Below, one piece after another: positions 1 to 7,698 of a stretch of DNA of 48,232 nt. The first letter of the stretch is position 1, and the number at the start of each line of letters is the position of its first letter. Below the pieces are notes generated by a model. That model had not been told where the DNA came from and did not search any database. It saw only the letters and a list, made by a program, of their open reading frames with translations. This DNA comes from Patescibacteria group bacterium (lineage in GTDB: Bacteria; Patescibacteriota; Patescibacteriia; JAACEG01), in NCBI GenBank assembly GCA_034660655.1, contig JAYEJU010000012.1:1-48232 (forward strand). The letters run 5' to 3'. The translations under genes and the position numbers were made by a program.

Positions 1-58
1 TTTTTTGTTTTGAAAAATGGAAGAGGGGCTGGGGGTGAATTCCATTTTTCAAAACTCC
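1..58. repeat. G-box hairpin repeat (stem 7-22/40-55, G-rich loop)
   Basis: Perfect 16-bp inverted repeat gttttgaaaaatggaa/ttccatttttcaaaac around loop gaggggctgggggtgaa. The reverse complement of the loop (ttcacccccagcccctc) recurs at 34756-34771 and 37883-37905 inside different stems. Confidence 0.6.
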
Positions 59-1054
59 TTATTTTTTTTCAATTTGTTCAATCAATGCTTTTGCAACATG
101 CCATATTAAAACTGGTGGTATTGCATTTCCTATTTGACGATAAGCGTCTGCTTCACTTCCGACAAACTTAAATTTATCAGGAAAAGATTGTATTCTGGCA
201 GCTTCAAGCGGTGTAAATCTTCTATATAATTCTTTTTTGGGATTAACAAGTAAAACAGGATCTCTTGAATTTAAGCTTACTTTTGCTAGATGAGAAGTAA
301 CAGTTAAGCATGGTTTTTCTAAATCTTGCCATAAGCCTCTCTTCATATTGTTCTTAGCATTTTTCATTCCCTCAACAGCTTTTTTCGAGAAATAATATTT
401 ATCATCTTCTGGAATTAATGAATCAATAACTTTTTTTAATGGAACCCAACCACTTTGTTTTTCTTTTGGATTTTCATGAAATATGTTATCGGGAAAGACA
501 AATTTTTGATTGAAATCTTTTCTTATGCCAACAATAAAAACGCGCTGTCTTTTTTGTGGAACCCCAAAATTTGCAGCGTTTAATAATTTGTAACTCAAGT
601 TGTAGCCTTGATCTTCAAACTCTTTTAATACACTTTTAAAAATTTTACCTTTTTTTAATACCATTAGACCTTTTACATTTTCGGCAATAAAGGCAATAGG
701 CTTTTTTTGTTTCAAAATTCTAGCCATATCTTTATATAATTGCCCTCTATCATCAAAAGGATTTTTTGTTGGGTTGACTGTACTAAAAGATTGGCAAGGG
801 AAACCACCTATTAAAATATCAATATTTGGAATGTCTTTTTCTTTACAATCAGTTACAGACCCAATTATAGCTTTGTGCTTAAAATTATTGTTATAGGTAT
901 TTATTGCTTTCTGATCTATGTCTATCGCATATTTAATTTCAGTTGGTAGTTTGTCATATTTTTTATCAACAAATTTAAAACCACCTAAAACACCTAGGTC
1001 GCTACCACCACAACCACAAAAAAGTGAACCTATTGTATATTCTTTCTTTTTCAT
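59..1054 (-). CDS. DNA (cytosine-5)-methyltransferase
   Basis: m5C MTase motifs in canonical order: FCGCGG (I), GGFPCQSFS (IV), ENVKGL (VI), QKRQRVF (VIII), GNAIPP (X). Confidence 0.93.
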   Translation of the reverse strand: MKKKEYTIGSLFCGCGGSDLGVLGGFKFVDKKYDKLPTEIKYAIDIDQKAINTYNNNFKHKAIIGSVTDCKEKDIPNIDILIGGFPCQSFSTVNPTKNPFDDRGQLYKDMARILKQKKPIAFIAENVKGLMVLKKGKIFKSVLKEFEDQGYNLSYKLLNAANFGVPQKRQRVFIVGIRKDFNQKFVFPDNIFHENPKEKQSGWVPLKKVIDSLIPEDDKYYFSKKAVEGMKNAKNNMKRGLWQDLEKPCLTVTSHLAKVSLNSRDPVLLVNPKKELYRRFTPLEAARIQSFPDKFKFVGSEADAYRQIGNAIPPVLIWHVAKALIEQIEKK

Positions 1055-1947
1055 ACTTTTTCAAAAGTTAAATCAATAGATTTAAGTGAGAAATCCAGTC
1101 TGTAATTTATTGGAGTACACTTTACTAATCGTTCCTGATTTTTCAGATATGGGTTCTTAATTACATAAACAATAATTTTTTCTGGGGTAAAATAGACCCT
1201 GTAAATTGAAAAAGAATTGGAGTGTTGTTCTGCTGCAATCCATTCATTTCTTGTTAGCGTGATGGCGTCTATCCAACCGTCAATTCCCTCATTTGGAACT
1301 GTAACTCTTTTTGTGGACTTAACTTCAATATAATGCACAAATTCTGATTTTTCAGAACCGTCTGCAAAAATTGATTGTATGTCATATCCAAGACCTTTTG
1401 TTTTGCCGAGTAATAATACTTTATTAGTAAGTCTTTTATCATACTTTTCGACTTTTTCTTTTTCGTAAGTAAATACAAAACTTTCTCCATCATCTCCAAG
1501 TGCTATTTTATCAAAGTCGGAAATTTTTGGAGCTTTTTCTTCAATATTAAACTGAATTGCATTGATCGATGTGCTAAATAGCTCTATGCCACCCTTGTCA
1601 ACGCTTGAAAAACAAACTTGCCAATCATGCAATAATCTCTTTCTGTCCTCTATGGAAGAAAATGAATATTGATATACATCAAAATTTGGCTTTTTGTCAT
1701 GAAACGATCTTATATAATCAATTGCAACTTTTTCGTAGGGATTTAAATAAATTACTTTATGATCTGTTCTAATTAAATTTGCAAGTTCAAGTAGGTTTAA
1801 CTGTTCATTTATATGTTGCATTGAATAAGATGAGGCTTTTCCATCATCTTGTACTTTAACGATTTTACCTAAGTTTCTATACTCAATAATTTTTTCATAT
1901 ACTTGAATAGGTGGCACAATAGATTGCAAGACCTCAAGACTGTTCAA
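1051..1947 (-). CDS. Putative restriction endonuclease, C-terminal part (DUF3883-like PD-(D/E)xK domain); possibly a fragment of a gene split by a nonsense codon
   Basis: C-terminal GESFVF..GYDIQS..IEVKST..TRNEW..SIYRVY matches the DUF3883/PD-(D/E)xK pattern as I recall it. The ORF opens with TTG, not ATG, and is in the same frame as 1963-2433. It overlaps the downstream MTase start by 4 bp. Confidence 0.55.
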   Translation of the reverse strand: MNSLEVLQSIVPPIQVYEKIIEYRNLGKIVKVQDDGKASSYSMQHINEQLNLLELANLIRTDHKVIYLNPYEKVAIDYIRSFHDKKPNFDVYQYSFSSIEDRKRLLHDWQVCFSSVDKGGIELFSTSINAIQFNIEEKAPKISDFDKIALGDDGESFVFTYEKEKVEKYDKRLTNKVLLLGKTKGLGYDIQSIFADGSEKSEFVHYIEVKSTKRVTVPNEGIDGWIDAITLTRNEWIAAEQHSNSFSIYRVYFTPEKIIVYVIKNPYLKNQERLVKCTPINYRLDFSLKSIDLTFEKV

Positions 1948-1962
1948 GACAAAATAAGCAAT

Positions 1963-2433
1963 TTAATCTTTTGTTATTTTAGTGTTATTTTCTTTCGCAA
2001 TATTTAAGAGTTCTAAAATAAATGGGAATTGTCTAATAGAAATATTTTGAGATATTTTTTCTTCAATAGTGTGAATACTATCCATTCCATTTGGAAATTG
2101 AAATTTTACACAAATATCTTTAAAAAATGCTGGTTGATCTTCATTTTCTAAAAACCTTAATGTGCGTTCAGAGGGATATACAGTATTATCACTATCGTAA
2201 TAATACATACCAAAAAGTTTACCTGCTATTTCAGTTCTGTGGTTATCTAGAGTTTTCTTTGTTCCGCCTATTATTCTTTCAAGGTATTCATTAAATATTC
2301 GAGGAAACTCGTCTTTAGAGCATGGGCAAATCTCTTGAATAATTTTTGCGTATTTTGGCAACAAATTATCTAGGTCTGTTTTTGCCTTACCTCTTATTAT
2401 TGTGCATCTAAATTGTATTTCTGGATTAAACAT
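1963..2433 (-). CDS. Hypothetical protein; probable N-terminal part of the same restriction endonuclease
   Basis: 156-aa ORF between two MTases with no motif I recognise. It ends at a TAA only 5 codons before, and in frame with, ORF 1051-1947. Confidence 0.4.
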   Translation of the reverse strand: MFNPEIQFRCTIIRGKAKTDLDNLLPKYAKIIQEICPCSKDEFPRIFNEYLERIIGGTKKTLDNHRTEIAGKLFGMYYYDSDNTVYPSERTLRFLENEDQPAFFKDICVKFQFPNGMDSIHTIEEKISQNISIRQFPFILELLNIAKENNTKITKD

Positions 2434-2440
2434 ATTGGTA

Positions 2441-3493
2441 TTATAGAAGTTTTAAAAGGTTTTTTCCAATAACTTTTCCAAGTATGGGAGGGACTGCATT
2501 TCCTACTTGTTTTAGTTGATCATTTTTCTTCCCACAAAAAATAAAAGTATCGGGAAAAGATTGTATTCTGGCAGACTCTCTTACAGTTGGCACTCTATTA
2601 AATTTATAATGAAAATGATGATTATGTCCTGTATCAATCGTAAAACTTGGTTTTTTACTATTTAATCTTGTCCAAGCAATATTTACTTTTCTTGTGTTCT
2701 GTAAATTTTTTGGTAAATCTTTATAGTTTCCTCCGTCTGGAACAAGTGAAATTATTTCCACTGTTTTTTCAGTATGTTTTGTTGTCTCATGATTGAAAAT
2801 TTTTATTGAATTTTCTCTTATCATTTTTTGATATTCTGATTTCGGAAAATGAGGGTACAAAGTACCGTCTTTAATTTCGTTTTCTGGTAAATCACTAATG
2901 GCTTCAAAAGCAGTTATTTTATTATCTTTATATTTTCCTTCTGGGAAAGTAAAACTTTTACCATTTTGCAATCCGACAAACACAACTCTTTTTCTGTTTT
3001 GAGGCACTCCAAAATCAGAAGTAAGCAAAATTTTATAAACTACTTTGTAACCTAATGCTTCAAATTCTTTTATGATTTGATCTTTAACTTTTCCATTATT
3101 CATGGCTACCAAATTTGGAACATTTTCCATAATAAAAGCCTTTGGCTTGAAATATTCAACAAAGGAAACAAAAGATTGATAGAGTTTATTTCTCGGATCG
3201 TTTGGATTTCTTTTTCCTGAAATTGAAAATCCCTGACATGGAGGACCACCAATAATCACATCAAATTTTCCATTGATTTCTTGAGGTTTAACTTTTGATA
3301 AATCTGCACATAAAACCTCTGAATTTTTATGATTATTTTTAAATGTTTTCAATGATTCTTCCCAATTATCTATGCCTAGTGAAATTTCAAAACCAGCCTG
3401 TTCAAAGCCAAGAGATAAACCACCGCAACCACAAAATAGATCTAAAACTTTTAAATTCTTTTTTGCCATTTTTGTTTTCGTATTTCCTTGCAT
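2441..3493 (-). CDS. DNA (cytosine-5)-methyltransferase
   Basis: FCGCGG (I), GGPPCQGFS (IV), ENVPNL (VI), QNRKRVVF (VIII), GNAVPP (X). Confidence 0.93.
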   Translation of the reverse strand: MQGNTKTKMAKKNLKVLDLFCGCGGLSLGFEQAGFEISLGIDNWEESLKTFKNNHKNSEVLCADLSKVKPQEINGKFDVIIGGPPCQGFSISGKRNPNDPRNKLYQSFVSFVEYFKPKAFIMENVPNLVAMNNGKVKDQIIKEFEALGYKVVYKILLTSDFGVPQNRKRVVFVGLQNGKSFTFPEGKYKDNKITAFEAISDLPENEIKDGTLYPHFPKSEYQKMIRENSIKIFNHETTKHTEKTVEIISLVPDGGNYKDLPKNLQNTRKVNIAWTRLNSKKPSFTIDTGHNHHFHYKFNRVPTVRESARIQSFPDTFIFCGKKNDQLKQVGNAVPPILGKVIGKNLLKLL

Positions 3494-3540
3494 AAAGTAA
3501 ATAAGTTAATCATTTGTATTGTATCTATTTTCTCTTTATA

Positions 3541-3594
3541 AATAAATCGTTTTCGGAGCGATAGCGGAGAAAACACCTTTTACCCCCCCCTCTT
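3541..3594 (-). repeat. ~52-nt G-box plus hairpin element upstream of the R-M operon
   Basis: The reverse complement aagagggggggtaaaaggtgttttctccgctatcgctccgaaaacgatttatt is ~85% identical by hand alignment to 30222-30274. Both lie ~45 nt upstream of the first gene of a nuclease/methylase cluster, in the same relative orientation. Confidence 0.6.
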
Positions 3595-3676
3595 AAAAAA
3601 TTAAAAAAATCAAATTCCTTATTTCTTAAAGCCCATCAAAAACATTTCAATAAACAAATTTTTCAAAAATATGTCG

Positions 3677-3810
3677 CCTAACATTTTGCATATCAGATGT
3701 TTTGCGAAGCGTAGCGGAGCAAAATATGGGAGAGGTCTCTGTTAAGAGACCGAACCTGATATGCTGTGTTAGCTGATGTATTCCTTTTCTTTCCCCGATT
3801 CTTATCGGGG
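3677..3810 (-). repeat. Degenerate copy of the long palindromic repeat family (lacks the 20-bp GC core)
   Basis: The reverse complement contains cccatattttgctccgctacgcttcgcaaaacatctgatatgc, matching 40035-40105 except for the cctgcctgccggcaggcagg insert. It also contains the ccccgat..atcgggg hairpin seen at 38221-38236. Confidence 0.5.
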
Positions 3811-3815
3811 TTGTT

Positions 3816-6392
3816 TTAAAAAATTTTCAAATTTCTTTGTTTATTTATTAAAATTCCTCGAGTAATTGGCCCAAAATAACCAATGCTCGGGGCTATACTG
3901 TTGTTTTTTTGGAATTTAATCAGAGCTTCTTTTGTTAGTCTGCCGAAAAACATTGTTTCTTCTCCAGGAGAGCCAGGTCCTGATTCAGTCAGGATAGAAC
4001 CATTGTTATTAAGGTAGATCTGCAATTGTTTTACATCACCTCCGGTTGAACCAAGAAATAAGTCGCGGGTAAATTCAGTCTCAGCTTTTTTATACTCTTC
4101 TGTTTTTTGATCCTTAATTTTTATTATTTTCCTCTCTGGGTAGGTGAGGTTGCTATTAATAGTTATAATCTCATCCCAATTATAATTAAAGTAATTGAAC
4201 GTTTTTTCATCGTAGATCCAGTGCTTTACCCCGTCCGTTAGCAAGTAGATCTTTGGTGAGTCTGCATACTTGATTAGTTTGTTGTTACCAAAAGACTGGA
4301 ATGATAGTTGCTCAAAAGTTAGGTCAATCCGGTTAACTAATAGTTCATTGTAGGTTAACTTAATATCATTAATATTATCGTTGTCTAAGTCAATGTGTTG
4401 GGCTTCTTCAATGTCCAGTTCTAATATTTGATGATTTGGTGTAATTTCCACTTTAATTTTTTGGCTTATCATGTCTAAATTAGCTATTTTTAGATTACAT
4501 ACTTGAGCCTCTTGTGTTTTACTGACTACGGCACTAAATTCTGCGGTTGAATCTATAAACATCAAAACATTGATTGGTGTTTGGTTAAATTTATGTATAG
4601 GTTTTAATTTATACATGGGAATAAAAGTATCAGTCTGACCAATACCAATCGACGGAAGAATGATACGTGCCCCACCACCAGAAGCATTACATGTACCGTC
4701 TGAAAGAGTATATCCATCATTGCAAGTAGCCACCCCGCAGGTTGGGTATGCGTTGTAGGTGGCGGTATTATCTATTGTTGGGCAGGTTGGGGTTATGAAT
4801 GCCCAAGAAGTTGTATCAGAAATACCAGCATAGCTATTTCCTGTCGCATCATCAAAGGCTGTGGCATCTATTTGGATATAATATTGTGTTTCATTATTTA
4901 GGTCAGAAGTGGGATCAATAGTGATTTCAGCGGTTCCAGAACCGGAAATATTAGATGTTACGTCAAACTGTTCAATTTGCGTGCCGTCTGATTTGTATAA
5001 AGTAATATAGCCCGATTCAGCATCAACAGCTTCATCAAAGGTAGCGACTATGTTAGAATTAATGGCCACACCAGTGGCACCGTCTGCAGGTGAGAGGGTG
5101 GAGACAGTGGGGTTGGTTTCATCCGCTGTAGTAAAGCTATATGTGGTGCTATTTGAAATACCAGCATAGCTATTCCCTGCCGTGTCGTCAAAGGCTGTAG
5201 CATCTATCTGTAAATAATAACTTGTTTGATCATCTAAATCAGCGGTTGGATTGATGGTTATTGTGTCTGTTCCCGACCCACTTATATCTGAGGTAACATC
5301 AAATTGCTGGACCAAAGTATCATCTGATTTGTATAATGTTATATTTCCGCTCTCTGCATCTACCGTTTCAGTAAAAGTAATCACAAGGCTTGAATCAGTT
5401 GCTACGCCGGTAGCATCATCCGCCGGAGTAGAACTAAGTAGCAAAGGATCACTATCTTGTGTATTTGTAATGATAATATTTGTACTATCTTCAACTGTTG
5501 CAGTCTCACCTCCTAAGCCACCATATTCAATAACATAATCAAGAGCATGAACAGGAACATAATCATTCCATCCACCTGAATTACTAATTGCTAAATAATT
5601 TTCAAATCCCGCATCTCCCTGATTTACATTATTTGGCTCTCCTACGTTCCAATCTTCATAAAATCCCGGAACAACACTTCCTCCTAGTCCTCCAGTCCAA
5701 AACTTTGTTCCTGCTTCAGGCCCCGTCGCCCATTCCCATTCACCCTCTGAAGCTCCTTCTGCTACTGCGTCTGAAGCACCATACCATGCGTCAGACCCTT
5801 GAGGCACCTTTGATTTAACAAAATCATTTTCACTAGAGCTGGTAATTGTTGCTAAATAACCAGTTAACCCATTGAATGAGCTAGAAGATGCGACAATTTT
5901 TGCCGCATCCCAATTTAAACCACTAGCTGATAGTTTATAGTAATGCCCATTATCTGGATTATAAGCAGCCCCGGTCGGAGTTGCAGATGCTTCTAGCGTG
6001 GTAGACGAACTTCCGCTTCCTTGATAAGAAAGAGTTGCAAGTGCATTATTAACATTAGTTTGTGAACCTTCAAAAGCAATTGTACTACTACCAGTCCAAT
6101 CTCCAGAACCATATCCTGTTGGAGCTGTTAATCCAGTTGAAGTTGTTATTTTTATAGTTCCACTTGTTACCGAAAGCGTGATAATAAGATCTGTAGAAAA
6201 ACCACTCACTGAGGAAGTTGTTCCCGAAGAAGAAAGCAGTACGTAGGATGTTGTATCTGCTTCCAATGTAGAGGGCATCGTAATCGTTGCCGCATGTACA
6301 TTACTTTTAAGTATAAAAAAACACATAAATGATAATACAGAAATTAATATTACTCTGTTTATTGTATTATTTTTTATAAAAGTTTTTATCAT
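3816..6392 (-). CDS. Secreted surface protein: signal peptide, C-type-lectin-like domain, two Ig-like repeats, C-terminal peptidoglycan-binding domain
   Basis: Start moved to M39 (ATG at 6392), giving MIKTFIKNNTINRVILISVLSFMCFFILKSNVHA as the signal peptide. CTLD-like W..A......GYLATITSSSENDFV...WYGASD..EGEWEW..G....W..GEPNN...ENYL..GGWNDY. Two ~112-aa repeats (TPADDATGV.../SPADGATGV...). C-terminal PG_binding_1-like GGDVKQLQIYLN...LTKEALIKFQ. Confidence 0.75.
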   Translation of the reverse strand: MIKTFIKNNTINRVILISVLSFMCFFILKSNVHAATITMPSTLEADTTSYVLLSSSGTTSSVSGFSTDLIITLSVTSGTIKITTSTGLTAPTGYGSGDWTGSSTIAFEGSQTNVNNALATLSYQGSGSSSTTLEASATPTGAAYNPDNGHYYKLSASGLNWDAAKIVASSSSFNGLTGYLATITSSSENDFVKSKVPQGSDAWYGASDAVAEGASEGEWEWATGPEAGTKFWTGGLGGSVVPGFYEDWNVGEPNNVNQGDAGFENYLAISNSGGWNDYVPVHALDYVIEYGGLGGETATVEDSTNIIITNTQDSDPLLLSSTPADDATGVATDSSLVITFTETVDAESGNITLYKSDDTLVQQFDVTSDISGSGTDTITINPTADLDDQTSYYLQIDATAFDDTAGNSYAGISNSTTYSFTTADETNPTVSTLSPADGATGVAINSNIVATFDEAVDAESGYITLYKSDGTQIEQFDVTSNISGSGTAEITIDPTSDLNNETQYYIQIDATAFDDATGNSYAGISDTTSWAFITPTCPTIDNTATYNAYPTCGVATCNDGYTLSDGTCNASGGGARIILPSIGIGQTDTFIPMYKLKPIHKFNQTPINVLMFIDSTAEFSAVVSKTQEAQVCNLKIANLDMISQKIKVEITPNHQILELDIEEAQHIDLDNDNINDIKLTYNELLVNRIDLTFEQLSFQSFGNNKLIKYADSPKIYLLTDGVKHWIYDEKTFNYFNYNWDEIITINSNLTYPERKIIKIKDQKTEEYKKAETEFTRDLFLGSTGGDVKQLQIYLNNNGSILTESGPGSPGEETMFFGRLTKEALIKFQKNNSIAPSIGYFGPITRGILINKQRNLKIF
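4800..5470 (-). repeat. Tandem ~336-bp intragenic duplication (two Ig-like modules)
   Basis: gaaataccagcatagctatt.c.tg.cg...tcatcaaaggctgt.gcatcta occurs at 4819 and again at 5155, a period of 336 bp (112 aa). Confidence 0.8.
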
Positions 6393-6582
6393 AAATTTTT
6401 TGATTATAATATGTGTCATTATATCATTTTTGTGGAAACAAATAAAATATTTTTTAAAACAATTGGGCGATAGCCCAGAAAAGAAAAGGAATATTTCAGT
6501 TAACAAGTTATATGCGAATTAGTTGATTCATTATTTTAAACAAGCTAAAATAATTATATAAACTTTAAATCATAAATAGTTT

Positions 6583-7422
6583 ATGAAACAAAGTGATTAT
6601 TATCCAAGCCAAAATCCAATTTTAAAATTAAAACAAGAAATGAAACTGCGAGGCTTTAGCCAAAAAACTGTTAAAAGCTATTTATATTATATCACAGAAG
6701 TTTTAAAATTTGCAAATAAAAATCCAAAGATAGTTAATACAAAAGATATTAGAAATTATTTGGAAAAATTGGCGGATAATAAACAATCAGCTTCAACTTT
6801 AAATACAGCTTATAGCGCTTTGAAATTTTATTTTGAAAAAATTTTATATCGTCGCTTTTTTGTTAATATTCCGCGAGCGAAAAAATCAAAAAGATTGCCT
6901 GAGATTTTTACTAAAAGCGAAGTTAAAAAAATATTATCAACTATTCAAAATGTAAAACATAAATTATTATTAGGATTGATGTATTCTTCGGGATTAAGAG
7001 TTTCTGAAATAGTTAATGTTAAAGTTAGGGATTTAGATTTTGAAAATAATATGTTAAAAGTTAGGCAAGCCAAAGGTGCGAAAGACAGAATAACTATAAT
7101 GTCAAAAAAAGTGGTTAATGTTTTAGAAAAATATGTAAAAAACAAGAAATTAAATGATTATGTTTTTGAAAGCACGCAAGGAAGCAAATTAACCGAAAGA
7201 TCTGTCCAAAAAGTATTTACACAAGCGTTTAAAAAGTCTAAAATAAAAAAGCAAGCCAGTTGTCATAGTTTAAGGCATAGTTTTGCGACCCATCTATTAG
7301 AAAGCGGAACCGACATTAGATATATTCAAGAATTGTTGGGACATGCCAGAATAGAGACTACACAAGTCTATACTAAAGTCGCCGGCAATAAAATCAAAAA
7401 CATCAAAAGCCCGTTGGATTAA
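6583..7422 (+). CDS. Tyrosine site-specific recombinase (XerC/D / IntI-like, SAM-like N-domain)
   Basis: Catalytic signature GLRVSE ... HSLRHSFATHLL ... LLGHARIETTQVYTKV (R-H-R-Y). The N-terminal KTVKSYLYYI...STLNTAYSALKFYF is typical of the integrase SAM-like domain. Confidence 0.9.
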   Translation: MKQSDYYPSQNPILKLKQEMKLRGFSQKTVKSYLYYITEVLKFANKNPKIVNTKDIRNYLEKLADNKQSASTLNTAYSALKFYFEKILYRRFFVNIPRAKKSKRLPEIFTKSEVKKILSTIQNVKHKLLLGLMYSSGLRVSEIVNVKVRDLDFENNMLKVRQAKGAKDRITIMSKKVVNVLEKYVKNKKLNDYVFESTQGSKLTERSVQKVFTQAFKKSKIKKQASCHSLRHSFATHLLESGTDIRYIQELLGHARIETTQVYTKVAGNKIKNIKSPLD

Positions 7423-7439
7423 GAATTTATAATATAATT

Positions 7440-7690
7440 TGTAAGAATCAAGAGCATTGTTTGCACTTTTTGAAAAATTCTTCTTGGTTGTCATTCCGAA
7501 AAGTATAATTTCTCGACGAGCTTGCGAGTCGTAAGAAATTAACTTATCCGGAATCTACGCTATATATAACCACAAATCAATTAAAGCTATAGATTCCGGA
7601 TAAATGATTTTATAAAAGCTCGCAGGCTCGCTTAGAAAATCTATTTTCTGGAATGACAAAAAGTGTAAATAATGCTAGTATATCTTACAT
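7440..7690. repeat. Nested-palindrome element (~250 bp, ~33-bp terminal inverted repeats), MITE-like; copy 1
   Basis: Ends tgtaagaatcaagagcattgtttgcacttttt / aaaaagtgtaaataatgctagtatatcttacat are inverted repeats. Inner inverted pairs are ggttgtcattcc/ggaatgacaa and ttatccggaatcta/tagattccggataa. A shorter copy sits at 20347-20498. Confidence 0.7.
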
Positions 7691-7698
7691 ATAATTTT

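Noticed and set aside
6393-6506. Long N-terminal extensions in the ORF track: 6506 for the surface protein, 7672 for comM, 40199 for rSAM, 35457 for cysS, 14032 for folD.
   Set aside because: The extensions have no homology or signal features. They run into upstream repeats or promoters, and internal ATGs fit conserved N-termini, SD sequences or a signal peptide better.
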